From: a virus
Taxonomy: Duplodnaviria > Heunggongvirae > Uroviricota > Caudoviricetes
Length of the DNA: 46,604 bases
Virus record (IMG/VR): IMGVR_UViG_2565956727_000002
Direction: 5' to 3' (one strand)
Part shown: piece after piece, positions 1 through 10,995 of the stretch
Numbering within the stretch: position 1 is the first letter of the stretch
How the letters are laid out: the number at the start of each line of letters is the position of its first letter
Position numbers and translations under genes: made by a program
Notes under the pieces: model-generated
Database searches by the model: none
The model's input: the letters and a program-made list of their open reading frames with translations, nothing else
Told to the model about the DNA's origin: nothing

Positions 1-1284
1 TTACAGACTTCTGGAAGGTTGCACAGCTCTTACAACACGCGGTTGATCTTCCGCAGCGTCTTCCAGCGCACTTAAATCACGGTCTTTCACTTCTGGCATT
101 TTCAGCGCAGAGATTAAACCAATCACTGAATATGCCATGATCATAATGGCGATCGGATACCAGGATTCCGTCATGGTGCAGAAAATACCCGCCAGGATAG
201 GACCAAAACCGGAAGCGATAAGACCACCAATTTCTTTAGAAATGGCCATCCGGGTAAAGCGGTTTTTACAGCCGAACATTTCTGCCATGGTAATGTTTTC
301 CAGAGCAAATAATCCCAGCACCGCACAGTTATGAATCACAATCAGTGCAACCATAATGGTGCTCGGGGCATAGCTTTTATCTACAATGATAGAAAGCATT
401 GGCCATGCCAGCACAATCGCGGAGGTATTCATAATAATATACGGGATCCGGCGACCAATTTTATCGGATAACCAACCAAGGAACGGAATGGTCATAAAGC
501 CGAGAATCGAACTAATCATCAATGCATCTGTTGGAATTGCTTTGTTAAACAATAACGTCTGCACTAAATAGCCTGCAAGGAAAGTCTGAATTAACCCGGA
601 GTTACCCGCCTGACCAAAACGCAGCCCTGTTGCCAGCCAGAAGGATTTGCTCTGGAACATGCTACCAGCAGGTGCAGGTTTTGCTGTGGGTTGGTTGCTG
701 TCATTAACCTTCTCAAAGACCGGGCTTTCTTTCAGATTCATACGTAACCAGATAGCAAAGACCATCACGACAACGCTCGCCAGGAACGGTATACGCCATC
801 CCCACGCCAGCAGTTCCTCTTTACTGAGAATGAAGAACATAAAGGCCCAGATTGCCGTTGCGCTCAAGGTTCCGCAGTTAGTTCCCATAGCTACAAATGA
901 GGAGATAATTCCGCGCTTACCTTTTGGTGCATATTCCGCCAGCATCGTACCGGCACCGGAAATTTCCGCACCTGCACCCAACCCCTGAATAATACGCAGC
1001 GTCACCAGCAAGATGGGGGCAAAAACACCAATCTGTGCATAGGTCGGTAACACACCAATTAAGGTGGTACAGATCCCCATCATGGTGATGGTAATAAAGA
1101 GCACTTTTTTACGCCCTATTCTGTCGCCCATTTTGCCGAAAATAAATGCTCCGACAATACGCGCCACATAACCTGCACCGTAGGTTCCCATTGCCAAAAT
1201 TAACGCCATTGCCGTTGATGATTCAGGAAAAAATATTTCATGAAACACTAACGCTGCGCCGAGCGAATATAACTGGAAATCCAT
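1..1284 (-). CDS. ydfJ: MFS family inner-membrane transporter (YdfJ-like); N-terminus appears short for an MFS protein, consistent with truncation by prophage insertion
   Basis: 427-aa ORF with multiple hydrophobic helices and the MFS loop motif G-x-x-GDRIGRKK near the N-terminus; recognised as YdfJ from memory of E. coli. Confidence 0.85.
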   Translation of the reverse strand: MDFQLYSLGAALVFHEIFFPESSTAMALILAMGTYGAGYVARIVGAFIFGKMGDRIGRKKVLFITITMMGICTTLIGVLPTYAQIGVFAPILLVTLRIIQGLGAGAEISGAGTMLAEYAPKGKRGIISSFVAMGTNCGTLSATAIWAFMFFILSKEELLAWGWRIPFLASVVVMVFAIWLRMNLKESPVFEKVNDSNQPTAKPAPAGSMFQSKSFWLATGLRFGQAGNSGLIQTFLAGYLVQTLLFNKAIPTDALMISSILGFMTIPFLGWLSDKIGRRIPYIIMNTSAIVLAWPMLSIIVDKSYAPSTIMVALIVIHNCAVLGLFALENITMAEMFGCKNRFTRMAISKEIGGLIASGFGPILAGIFCTMTESWYPIAIMIMAYSVIGLISALKMPEVKDRDLSALEDAAEDQPRVVRAVQPSRSL

Positions 1285-2069
1285 AATTCACAGGTGTTTT
1301 TTCCCATCCTGTGGTTTCCTTGGCGTTTTCTAGGTTTTTTCAGATAGTTGCATTTTTTAAAAAGCATCCTAAGTTCGATCTCAGTGTCTATCTGGGGCCT
1401 ATTTCTGTCCCATATATGCCCCAAAAAAACTCCCCAACAGATAAGTAGTTTTTTCATGGATTTATGCGTAAAATCAAGAACGGCTGGAAATCATTCAATA
1501 CTCACACTATCGAAAAATTTACCAGCCAACCGCAGCACGTTCTTGCATAAGGCGTGTCTGCGGTTTTTCAACTATTCAGATACATCACTCCCATCACATT
1601 CATTCCTCCGCATCAAAGGCATATAGGCTATATCACCTTGATATTTTTCTTTTTCAGATAAAAACTGTTATCTATGTATACTTTTAAACCCAATCCGTGT
1701 AGAGTCTCTGCATAAGATAGTTTGCAGTTGCCGCTTCAGCTTGCGCCATAAACCGCCTGATTTTTGCTGCCACCTGTTAGCATTCCTGTATACCTGAAAC
1801 GACAATGTTTATCTACGAACTTTAAGAACACCCAAGATAAAAATTGTCAACTATATCATATATAACACATTACTAATTCGAGGCTATATGAACAGCATAC
1901 TGATAATCACATCTCTCCTTATCATATTCAGCATTTTTAGTCATGCCCTAATAAAATTAGGGATTGGCATATCCAATAACCCAGACAAAACCGATGTATA
2001 AGTCAACATATCCTGAATCAGACATACAATATCGCAATGAAAATCAATAATATTTTAAGGAATATCTTC

Positions 2070-2303
2070 ATGAAATCAAAAGACACCCTAAAGTGGTTCC
2101 CTGCGCAGCTTCCTGAAGTAAGAATTATCCTAGGGGATGCTGTAGTGGAAGTAGCAAAACAGGGAAGACCTATCAATACCAGAACATTGCTTGATTACAT
2201 TGAAGGAAACATAAAGAAAAAATCATGGCTGGATAACAAAGAATTATTACAAACAGCGATATCAGTTCTTAAAGACAACCAAAATTTAAATGGTAAAATG
2301 TAA
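2070..2303 (+). CDS. ydfK: small cold-shock-induced protein YdfK/YnaE family
   Basis: ORF 2037..2303; internal ATG at 2070 preceded by AAGGAA gives a 77-aa product MKSKDTLKWFPAQLPEV... matching my recollection of YdfK. Confidence 0.75.
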   Translation: MKSKDTLKWFPAQLPEVRIILGDAVVEVAKQGRPINTRTLLDYIEGNIKKKSWLDNKELLQTAISVLKDNQNLNGKM

Positions 2304-2619
2304 TATAATAAACTTACTTTTTTATCATTTTTCCACTTTAACAACATTTTGCTCCACTTTTCCACGACCAAACAACTTGAAATCTGGTTAAAATAACACG
2401 CAACACTATTCTTCTTCCTTGAGTCCGCCCGGAACTCGAAAAACAAACCGAGTTAAAGCCATTTTTCACAAAATCGATTTTGGATCTCACCAAAATTACG
2501 GGGTTGCATACGCATTCGTTTATTTTCGAACGTGTACATACAAATATGCACAAAAATAATCATAATTATTTTCTGAGATGCATTATGATATGAACACCAA
2601 TTTCGTATAGAGTCTCACT

Positions 2620-3210
2620 ATGTCTCGAATTTTTGCTTACTGTCGGATATCAACGCTGGATCAGACCACCGAAAATCAACGCCGGGAAATCGAAAGTGCA
2701 GGTTTTAAAATCAAACCTCAGCAAATAATCGAAGAACACATTAGCGGCTCAGCAGCAACCAGTGAGCGTCCTGGTTTTAACCGGTTGCTTGCTCGCCTGA
2801 AATGTGGTGATCAATTGATTGTGACAAAACTGGATCGCCTTGGTTGTAATGCAATGGATATCAGGAAAACAGTGGAACAACTGACCGAAACAGGTATCAG
2901 AGTGCATTGCTTAGCATTGGGTGGCATTGACCTGACCAGTCCAACAGGAAAAATGATGATGCAAGTAATTTCAGCAGTCGCTGAATTTGAACGAGACCTT
3001 TTACTTGAACGCACTCATTCCGGGATAGTAAGAGCCCGCGGCGCAGGGAAACGTTTTGGTCGACCACCTGTGTTAAATGAAGAACAGAAACAGGTGGTAT
3101 TCGAACGAATTAAGTCAGGTGTAAGTATAAGTGCCATTGCCCGGGAATTCAAAACCTCGCGGCAAACCATTTTAAGAGCCAAAGCAAAACTTCAGACACC
3201 TGACATATAA
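2620..3210 (+). CDS. pin: serine recombinase, DNA invertase Pin/Gin/Hin family
   Basis: 196 aa; N-terminal catalytic motif YCRISTLDQ (active-site Ser), resolvase core and C-terminal HTH; typical size for Pin. Confidence 0.9.
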
Positions 3211-3481
3211 AAAATAATCTCGGTGTGAGATGCTTTACGTCTTCCAAGCCCCCTTCCTTGCCGTAAATGGAAAGATACATCTAATTATAGAATTTATATG
3301 TTTTACCCTACGGCAGTGCTGGCCATTCAATATCCGGTACTACTGATGTATTAACACGGTTCAGCAACACCCGATACTTTTTCCAGACTTCCAGCAACGA
3401 AGTTTCTTCCTCCGTTGCGATTTCCAGCTCAACAACAGTCTGAACGTACCAGGAACAGCCTCCTTCAGGGCTTGAAGGATA

Positions 3482-6400
3482 TCAATGTTCGCTTCCTGTT
3501 AACTGCCCGACAAGTGCAACCAGTTCGCTTACCTGATTTTCCAGAGTGCGGATCCGGGTGCCTGCTGTTGCCAGATTTTTACGTAGCGTTATGTTTTCCT
3601 CTTCCAGCGCGGTAACGCGACCATCTGTTTCACGGGCGACCTGAACAAGTAACCCCGTCACGGCGGCGTAGTCAACATTCAGATAACGTGTTTCTTCACG
3701 TAATTCATTGCCGTCAACCGTTGGTCCCTGCAACTCTTCACCGTAATGAGTAAACGATCCCACAGCTTCTGGTATCGCCTCCATTACTTCCTGTGCAATA
3801 ACGCCAGCATAAGGCATCCCGTTTTCCCTGAGCGTGTAGGTGTATCCGTTCATTTTACGGATTGCTTTCGTCGCGTCGCTGATAACGAGAATATCGTCTT
3901 TAAGGTCGCGGTCTGATGACTGATTCAGCGTTGTGCAATTAATAGCGCCATTTACATCAAACAACTGGCCTGCTGACGTTTTTTGCGCATAAAACAGATA
4001 CGCAGCAGACGTTCCAACCTCAAAAACGTTTTGTCGATCACTTGATCCCCATACTTTTGCGGCAAATGATAGTTCTGTATTACCTAAGTTCTGTAAAACA
4101 AAACGATTGCCAGTCCCTGTTTGTTTTGTAAGAGTTAAATCAACAGTTGAATTAACCTCATCCTTGTTGATAGTGAGCGCCTGCGCTTTAGCCCCGTTAA
4201 CAGCACCTGTTTTGAGTTGAACCGCGCCGTCATTACCATTTAACAGTATCTCAGCTCCGCTAAAGAAATTTTTTAGCGACAGCATCTTACTTACGCCGAC
4301 TGATGAACCCAACGCCCACGCGAGAGAATTACCGGTGCTATCAAACCCACGTACAAAGCAATCCATTTTGCTATAGTCTGACGTGCTTCCAAGGACATCA
4401 ATTCGCCCTCCGCCAGATTTTACCGGGTTAGATGTGGTTAATGACCTGACAGCAAGATCGGTAGATGAATTGAGATCGTCTACTGTTAGTAATTTCTTCC
4501 ATTCCTGCGTCGTTCCATTTTCAATTGTTCTTCCCCAAAAACCGGAATTGCGGCCTCCGAACTGCACAGCATAATTTTTACTAAATTGAACATGAATGCC
4601 GCCAAGAACCATAGAACCTGCCGGGCCGTTTGTACTGCCTGCAATTGGTATAAATTTATTAATGTTATCAGTATGCTGCGTGTTCCAGTCTCGTCCTGTT
4701 TTTGTAAGCAGTCCTAATGTCGTGTCGAGCGCTTCGGTTAAAGTAAGGTTTTTAAATTTAACTGCGCTACTTTCGCCAAGACTTAAGTTGTTTCGCGCAT
4801 CTTCTACTGTTGTCGCACCTGTACCTCCTTGCCCAACAGCTAATGGCAACCAGCCAGTGCCATTATGACAACCCCACAAACCAGATTTGGAAACCTGTAA
4901 GCGTGGTGCGCCTGAAGAATACGTAGAATATACGTAAGTTGTTTCTTTTCCCTCTTCAACCCTTTCTGTTGATACATCTCTCTTCCATTCAGACCAGGTA
5001 CCGCTTCCTCCTTCATATATTCGTCTATAAGTAATTCCCGGATTATTATAAGGGTAGTACACCTGAACGCAGGAAGAAGCAGTGTTGGCTCTCGTTTGGA
5101 GCACTATTAAAGCGCCCGCCAGACCGATTGGGTAATTTAATTCTTCTGTTGCGTAAGCGCTCGTTGGTTGTTGATAGAAACCAGAATATTCACCGGTAAG
5201 GGTGTTTAGGTCAGTATTAGCAAGGCCAGCTTTTTGCTCATACATTACCCGCAAGTTCGCACGTGCTTGCTCGATAGTTCTTCCACCAGTACCGCCCTGG
5301 GCTAAACCTAACGGAGACCATTGTCCAGAAGAAGAATCATAAACCCCCCAACTCCCGTTAGTATGGATTTCAAAGAAACGATCACCAGTTGGACCATACA
5401 TACGAGTTGTTGATTCATTTTGACCAAAGCGGCTTAATTCATCTCTGCGGGTATGACGTATCCATTGCGGGCCAGAACTTTGGCTGTAAATGTACGAATA
5501 CAATGATTTTGTATCTGAACCAACAAATAGACCGGAATATCTTTTTGTTGACACTTCTGATCTAACTATATAACCAGAAATAAGATTATCACCGGCACTA
5601 GACGCTACTGATGGATAACCTTTCGCTGAGATGTAAATCCTGACAAATCCAATATAACCTGATGGCTCAACAGAGATATCAGTGCAGGTCATGGCAACTT
5701 CACCAAGACCGATATTATCGCCAACAATTACTTGCGCCTGGTTGCGATAATTAAGTGCGTCCGCCGCAGATTTCGCCGCGTTTGTTTCACTGGATTTAGC
5801 ATTAGTTTCGCTGGCTTTAGCGTTGGTTTCGCTGCTCTTTGCTGCTGCCTCGCTATTTTTCGCGTTGGTTTCTGATTTTTTGGCTGCTGTCGCGGAGTTT
5901 GCTGATGCAGTTTGTGAGTCTGCTGCCGCCTGTGCGCTGTTATCCGCATTCGTCTCAGACGTTTTTGCGGCCTTCGCGGAATTTCCTGCCGCCGTTGCCG
6001 AGGAAGCTGCACTACTGGCACTTGATGATGCGTTCGTTTCTGATGATTTCGCTGCCTCTTTTGAGGCCGCCGCATCCCGGGCTGAGGTGGCAGCTTCTGA
6101 CGCTTTCGTGGTCGCGGTGGATGCAGAAGTGGCTGCAGATTTTTGTGACGCTGCAGCATTCGTTTCTGACGTTTTCGCCGCACCGGCACTGGTAGCCGCC
6201 GCGCTTTTTGAGGACTCTGCAGCGGCAGCACTTTTTGATGCTTCAGTAGCCTTTGTTGATGCCGTTCCTGCGCTGGAAGACGCTGACTGAGCCGACGTCG
6301 CGGCCTGCCCGGCTGATGTGCTGGCTGCACGTGCTGAGCCTGCAGCATCAGTCGCATGGGTTGCCGCCTCACGGGCTGATGTGCCGGCATCGCTGGCTGA

Positions 6401-6793
6401 CTTCTTCGCGGCTGCCGTGTCCTGTGCCACTGCGGACGCGTTACGCGCCACCTCTTCCACCATCAGTTCAAAGCGGCGCAGTGCCTCCGGACGGGCATCA
6501 TCCTCCGTCATGGCACCGAGAAAATCATTCAGCGTACCCGGTTGTGAGTCTTCATACACGGTGATGGTCCCGGCATGCGATGGCGGGAAGCCTTCCACCA
6601 TCAGAATAACGCTGTACTGACCGTACTCAACGTCCATGCTGTAACGCCCGGCTTCATCCGGATTTTCTGAGGCCACCGTGTTCACCACCACCGTGGTGCT
6701 GTTACGTTTTGCTTTCAGCTGGATTGTGCAGTTCTGTACCGGTTTACCTGCACCGTCTTTCAGTACACCTGAAATCTTTACTGCCATATTCAC
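3482..6793 (-). CDS. stf: side tail fibre protein (lambda Stf-like) with C-terminal intramolecular chaperone (peptidase S74-like) domain
   Basis: N-terminus MAVKISGVLKDGAGKPVQNCTIQLKA... is lambda Stf-like; long Ala/Ser/Thr-rich SETNA repeat region; C-terminal ~150 aa resembles the self-cleaving chaperone domain of endosialidase/T5 L-shaped fibre; true start probably at MAVK (6787). Confidence 0.85.
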   Translation of the reverse strand: MNMAVKISGVLKDGAGKPVQNCTIQLKAKRNSTTVVVNTVASENPDEAGRYSMDVEYGQYSVILMVEGFPPSHAGTITVYEDSQPGTLNDFLGAMTEDDARPEALRRFELMVEEVARNASAVAQDTAAAKKSASDAGTSAREAATHATDAAGSARAASTSAGQAATSAQSASSSAGTASTKATEASKSAAAAESSKSAAATSAGAAKTSETNAAASQKSAATSASTATTKASEAATSARDAAASKEAAKSSETNASSSASSAASSATAAGNSAKAAKTSETNADNSAQAAADSQTASANSATAAKKSETNAKNSEAAAKSSETNAKASETNAKSSETNAAKSAADALNYRNQAQVIVGDNIGLGEVAMTCTDISVEPSGYIGFVRIYISAKGYPSVASSAGDNLISGYIVRSEVSTKRYSGLFVGSDTKSLYSYIYSQSSGPQWIRHTRRDELSRFGQNESTTRMYGPTGDRFFEIHTNGSWGVYDSSSGQWSPLGLAQGGTGGRTIEQARANLRVMYEQKAGLANTDLNTLTGEYSGFYQQPTSAYATEELNYPIGLAGALIVLQTRANTASSCVQVYYPYNNPGITYRRIYEGGSGTWSEWKRDVSTERVEEGKETTYVYSTYSSGAPRLQVSKSGLWGCHNGTGWLPLAVGQGGTGATTVEDARNNLSLGESSAVKFKNLTLTEALDTTLGLLTKTGRDWNTQHTDNINKFIPIAGSTNGPAGSMVLGGIHVQFSKNYAVQFGGRNSGFWGRTIENGTTQEWKKLLTVDDLNSSTDLAVRSLTTSNPVKSGGGRIDVLGSTSDYSKMDCFVRGFDSTGNSLAWALGSSVGVSKMLSLKNFFSGAEILLNGNDGAVQLKTGAVNGAKAQALTINKDEVNSTVDLTLTKQTGTGNRFVLQNLGNTELSFAAKVWGSSDRQNVFEVGTSAAYLFYAQKTSAGQLFDVNGAINCTTLNQSSDRDLKDDILVISDATKAIRKMNGYTYTLRENGMPYAGVIAQEVMEAIPEAVGSFTHYGEELQGPTVDGNELREETRYLNVDYAAVTGLLVQVARETDGRVTALEEENITLRKNLATAGTRIRTLENQVSELVALVGQLTGSEH

Positions 6794-6798
6794 CCCAC

Positions 6799-6824
6799 AA
6801 AAAAGCCCGCCTGAACCGGCGGGC
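6799..6824 (-). terminator. putative rho-independent terminator downstream of lom
   Basis: GC-rich hairpin gcccgcc-tgaac-cggcgggc followed on the minus strand by a T-run. Confidence 0.5.
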
Positions 6825-6851
6825 TGTCATAACACTGTGTTACCTGGCTAA

Positions 6852-7451
6852 TCAGAATTTATAACCGACACCCACGATGAAACCGTCAGTGCGCCAGTCA
6901 CCACTGCCGGAGCCTTCATAAGCAATATCAATGGCCACGGATTCGGTCGGGTTAAACTGCACGCCAGCTCCCCACGCCAGAGACGTGTTGCTGTGGCGAG
7001 CGTCATCACTTCCGGTCAGCACGTCGTGCGTTTTCCCCTTGTTGTCAATTACGCGGAGATAATCCCCGGAGAAAGTCGACACACGGCTGTAAGCCACACC
7101 CGCCATCGCATACGCGCTGAACCATTCATTCACGCGCACAGACGGCCCCGCCATTACGCTGAACCAGCGGTTACGAACGGAATCTTCATGCCAGCGGGTA
7201 TCGCTGTAATGGGTCAGCTGGCGATTCTTGTCTCCTGCATAGCTGAATGACGTCACCAGCCCCAGCGTATCCGTAAACTCATAACGGTATTTCACGTTAA
7301 TCCCGTTCAGATCATCACTGCCGGGAACGTTGGTCCGGGCATGAAGATACCCCGCGCTCAGCGTGGACTGATGTTCAGACGCCCATGCAGGCGCACCGGA
7401 TACGGCCAGACAAATGGCTGCGGACAAAATGGCGGCACAAACTTTACGCAT
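6852..7451 (-). CDS. lom: outer-membrane beta-barrel protein Lom (Ail/Lom family)
   Basis: 199 aa with signal peptide, alternating beta-strand pattern and C-terminal aromatic residue (...GVGYKF); position between J and stf as in lambda. Confidence 0.9.
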   Translation of the reverse strand: MRKVCAAILSAAICLAVSGAPAWASEHQSTLSAGYLHARTNVPGSDDLNGINVKYRYEFTDTLGLVTSFSYAGDKNRQLTHYSDTRWHEDSVRNRWFSVMAGPSVRVNEWFSAYAMAGVAYSRVSTFSGDYLRVIDNKGKTHDVLTGSDDARHSNTSLAWGAGVQFNPTESVAIDIAYEGSGSGDWRTDGFIVGVGYKF

Positions 7452-7481
7452 AATTACCTCTCGCTTTTCTGCAATAAAAAA

Positions 7482-7505
7482 GGCGTCATTCCTGACGCCA
7501 TTTAT
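7482..7505 (-). terminator. putative rho-independent terminator downstream of J
   Basis: hairpin ggcgtca-ttcc-tgacgcc followed on the minus strand by TTTTTTATT. Confidence 0.45.
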
Positions 7506-7521
7506 TGGGGTTATAAATATT

Positions 7522-10500
7522 TCAACGAATACTGATGCCGGAAGCCGCTTTTTTGGTCACAATCACCGTACAGTCGGTGATATTGCCTGCCCCCTGATTG
7601 CCTTTCTGGAAAATCTTAAACTCCAGAGTGACGCTACCACCACCACTAGGCATATCAATAACTGCACTGTAACTACCGGGAATGGCCCCTTTAGTTTCTC
7701 TGGATGCGATTAATACGCCGTTTTTGCGAACTTCAAAACCATAACCCGTGTATCGCGTGCCTCCTGGGTTATTTCCGCTCCCCGGATCGTCATACGCTAT
7801 ACCGTTAAAAATAATGGGCGGAATAATAATCTGGCGGTCAAAGTTATGATCATCGCTGATGGTGACTGTAACCGTACCGTCTGGTGTTTCCGTGTTACCC
7901 CACGTACCGACTTTTTTCGGGAAGGCTTTTGATACAGCTTTAACGAAATCCCCTCTGACCTGGGTCGCCTCCAGCATGCCCTTAATCGTACAGTTCTGGT
8001 TAATCGTGACATTGTTGAGCGTTCCTGAGTTCGCATTCACACTGCCACTGATATCCGCATTTTTAGCGGTCAGCTTTCCGTCTGATGTCAGGGAAAATAC
8101 CGGAGGACTGCCACCACTGGTAATGGTGGGGGCCGTCAGGCGCTTCAGGAACACGTCGTTCATGAATATCTGATTGCCCTGCGCCACAAACATCGGCGTT
8201 TCATTCCCGTTTGCCGGGTCAATAAACGCGATACGGTTAGCGGCAACCAGAAACTGGCTCAGCTTGCCTTCCTCCGTGTCCTCCATGCTGAGGCCAATAC
8301 CCGCGACATAATGTTTGCCGTCTTTGGTCTGCTCAATTTTGACGCCCCACATGGCATTCCATTTATCGTTAGCGTCCTTCCACTCTTTCGAAAACTCATC
8401 CAGTCTGCTGGCGTTATCCTCCGTCAGCTCGACTTTTTCCAGCAGCTCCTTGCCGAGATGGGATTCGGTTATCTTGCCTTTGAAAAAATCCAGGTAACCT
8501 TCCGCATCATCGCTCGCCCGACCGACGGCCTCCACGAATGCCGATTTGCCAACGGTGTTCACACTGCGGATATAAAAGTAATAATCATGGCCCGGTTTGA
8601 TATTGATACTGGCGGCTATCCAGTACAGCCCCGTGCCAAGGTAGCGGGCTGTGGTTTCAACCTGCCTGATATCGGTAATCCGCGTTTCCGAGAACCAGAA
8701 CTCAAACTGTACCGTCGGATCATAAACCGCAAGATGCGGCGTGGCGGTTATCTGAAAATAGCCCGGCGTCAGCTCAATCCGCGACGGCGCTGCCGGTGCG
8801 GCAATCCGGAACGATACCGACGCCGGATCGCCCTGCTGCCCCCAGGCATTTGCCGCCCGGACTGTCAGCCTGTAGTTTCCCAACGCCAGTTGCGTGAAGC
8901 GGTATGTGGTTTCCGTCGTCCGGGCCGTGCTGACCAGCCGCTCACTGCCGTCATCCGCTGCCACGGTCAGGCGAAGCATAAAGCTCACGCCCTTCACCAC
9001 CTTCGGCGTGTCCCAGCGGGCCAGTACCTGATACTCCCCGCTGTCTGCGGTGACTTCGGCAGTCAGGTGCTGCACCGCTGGCGGCGTGACACCATTCACC
9101 GTGCCGCTCTGGTCGCCGTCAAAGTGCGCCCCGTTATCCACGATGGCCTCTTTTTCCGGTACATGCTGCACGGCGGTGATGGCATACGTGCCGTCGTCGT
9201 TCTCACGGATACTCACGCAGCGGAACAGGCGCTGGCGCAGCGTCGGCAGCTTCAGCCCCCACACGCTGTATCCGGCAACGCCGTCAGGAACACGGCTCAC
9301 TTTTACCTTCACGCCGTCGGTGACGGACTGGACCTCCACGCTGACCGGATTGCCACTTCCGTCAACCAGGCTTATCAGCGTGGTACCGGAGGATGGCAGA
9401 GTGATTTCACGGTCGAGCGTCAGCGTCCGGGTCTGGCTGTTTACCGCCAGCACGCGCCCGCCGATGCTGATACCGGCATAGTCATCATCACAGATTTCAA
9501 TAACATCGCCCGGCACATGGCGAAGCCCTTCTGCGCCCACGCTGAAGTCCACGGTCTGCGTTTCCAGCAGTTCTGTTTTAATCAGCCACAGCCCGGCGCG
9601 ATGTGCCTGCCCCCGGCTGGTACAGCCAAAGGCATCCATCTTCGTGACGTTACGACCGTAACGGGCAATGGCCTGCGTGTCCTCCACAAGCTCTGTCGCC
9701 GTCTCCCAGCCGTTATTCGGGTCAATCCAGTTCACCTCAACGGCATTATGGCGGTCCTTCAGGGCGCTGAAGCTGTAGCGGAACGGCGCGCCATCATCCG
9801 GCATCACCACATTACTGCGGTTATAGGTCCACACCTTATCTGATGGTCGGTCCTGCACGAACGTCAGCGTCTGCCCGTTCCATACCGGCATACAGCGCAT
9901 CGCCGAGCAGAAATCACTGAGCACATCCCACGCCTTGCGCTGTGTGGTCAGGCACGCATTACAGGTGATGCGCGGCTCCGTGCCGCCAAAGCCGTCCGGC
10001 ACTGACTGGTCGCAGTACTGGCCGATGACATACAGCGCCCATTTGTCCACATCCGCCGCACCAAGACGTTTCCCCATGCCGTAGCGCGGGTGGGTCAGCA
10101 TATCCCACAGACACCAGGCCATGTTGTTGCTGTATGCTGGTTTTAACGTTCCGTCCCAGATACCGCTGTATTGTCGCGTCTGCGGGTTATAGTTCGACGG
10201 CACCTGCAGAATGCGCCCGCGAAGATGATAATTACGACTCACCTGCTGGCTGCCGAACTGCTCCGAGTCCACCTGTACGGCGACCAGTGCAGTGTTCGGG
10301 TAGCACTGTTTCACATCGATGATTTCGGTGTATGACGACCAGAGCGTTTTGTTCTGCAGCTGGTCTGTAGTACTGTCCGGTGTCATCCTGCGCATCCGGA
10401 TATTGAACGGGCGCGGCGGCAGGTTATCCACCACCACCGAGGCCAGATACTGCGAGGTGGTTTTGCCCTTAATGGTGATGTCTTTTTCCGTCACCCAGCC

Positions 10501-10935
10501 ACCGTTACGCTGTATCTGAACCAGCAGGCGGACTTCCGACGGATTCCTGTCTCCCTTTGAGGTGGTTTCCACCAGTGCCTGTACACCGAAGGTAAAGCGC
10601 AGACGGTCGATGTTTGCCGACGTGATGGTCCGGGTGATCGGCGTGTCATATTTCACTTCCGTACCCAGCACAGTCTCGGAGCCGGAGGATTCAAACCCCT
10701 CCGGCGGTGACTGCTCCTGCTCACCTGCCCGGAACACCACCGTGACGCCGGAGATGTTGGTATTCCCCTCATTGTCCAGCACCGGCGTACTGTTCAGCAG
10801 CACGCTTTTTAATCCATCCACCGGACCTTCAACCGGCCCTTCACTGATGGCATCGATCACACTCAGCAGTTGCGTGGACTTCAGGTTGTCCTTCGCTTCG
10901 CGCGGGGTATGCCCCTTACTGCTGCCTTTACCCAT
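7522..10935 (-). CDS. J: tail tip host-specificity protein J (central tail fibre)
   Basis: 1137 aa, lambda J-like throughout (fibronectin-like repeats, C-terminal receptor-binding region); gene order I-J-lom. Confidence 0.95.
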   Translation of the reverse strand: MGKGSSKGHTPREAKDNLKSTQLLSVIDAISEGPVEGPVDGLKSVLLNSTPVLDNEGNTNISGVTVVFRAGEQEQSPPEGFESSGSETVLGTEVKYDTPITRTITSANIDRLRFTFGVQALVETTSKGDRNPSEVRLLVQIQRNGGWVTEKDITIKGKTTSQYLASVVVDNLPPRPFNIRMRRMTPDSTTDQLQNKTLWSSYTEIIDVKQCYPNTALVAVQVDSEQFGSQQVSRNYHLRGRILQVPSNYNPQTRQYSGIWDGTLKPAYSNNMAWCLWDMLTHPRYGMGKRLGAADVDKWALYVIGQYCDQSVPDGFGGTEPRITCNACLTTQRKAWDVLSDFCSAMRCMPVWNGQTLTFVQDRPSDKVWTYNRSNVVMPDDGAPFRYSFSALKDRHNAVEVNWIDPNNGWETATELVEDTQAIARYGRNVTKMDAFGCTSRGQAHRAGLWLIKTELLETQTVDFSVGAEGLRHVPGDVIEICDDDYAGISIGGRVLAVNSQTRTLTLDREITLPSSGTTLISLVDGSGNPVSVEVQSVTDGVKVKVSRVPDGVAGYSVWGLKLPTLRQRLFRCVSIRENDDGTYAITAVQHVPEKEAIVDNGAHFDGDQSGTVNGVTPPAVQHLTAEVTADSGEYQVLARWDTPKVVKGVSFMLRLTVAADDGSERLVSTARTTETTYRFTQLALGNYRLTVRAANAWGQQGDPASVSFRIAAPAAPSRIELTPGYFQITATPHLAVYDPTVQFEFWFSETRITDIRQVETTARYLGTGLYWIAASINIKPGHDYYFYIRSVNTVGKSAFVEAVGRASDDAEGYLDFFKGKITESHLGKELLEKVELTEDNASRLDEFSKEWKDANDKWNAMWGVKIEQTKDGKHYVAGIGLSMEDTEEGKLSQFLVAANRIAFIDPANGNETPMFVAQGNQIFMNDVFLKRLTAPTITSGGSPPVFSLTSDGKLTAKNADISGSVNANSGTLNNVTINQNCTIKGMLEATQVRGDFVKAVSKAFPKKVGTWGNTETPDGTVTVTISDDHNFDRQIIIPPIIFNGIAYDDPGSGNNPGGTRYTGYGFEVRKNGVLIASRETKGAIPGSYSAVIDMPSGGGSVTLEFKIFQKGNQGAGNITDCTVIVTKKAASGISIR

Positions 10936-10995
10936 TCCTCACGCTCCATAAACGACAAAACCTCCCGCAGGCGGTTTCACATAAAACATTTTGCA

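Noticed and set aside
1285-2036. ORFs 1248..1457 (minus) and 1348..1626 (plus) in the ydfJ-ydfK intergenic region
   Set aside because: Short, overlapping and without ribosome-binding sites; the region is more plausibly the prophage boundary and ydfK promoter region
3211-3481. Possible remnant tail-fibre chaperone (tfa) between pin and stf
   Set aside because: No ORF of meaningful length in any frame; treated as non-coding, though it may hold a degenerate inversion site (see findings)
5728-6620. Several ORFs of 100 to 220 aa on both strands within the tail fibre gene (e.g. 5728..6390 minus, 5823..6290 plus, 6318..6620 plus)
   Set aside because: They lie entirely inside the Ala/Ser-rich SETNA repeat region of stf; their products are low-complexity Arg/Pro/Gln or Ala-rich strings typical of shadow frames in repetitive GC-rich sequence
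8311-9843. 510-aa ORF on the plus strand
   Set aside because: Antisense to the well-supported J gene; the translation is Arg/His/Pro-rich with no domain signature, a shadow ORF
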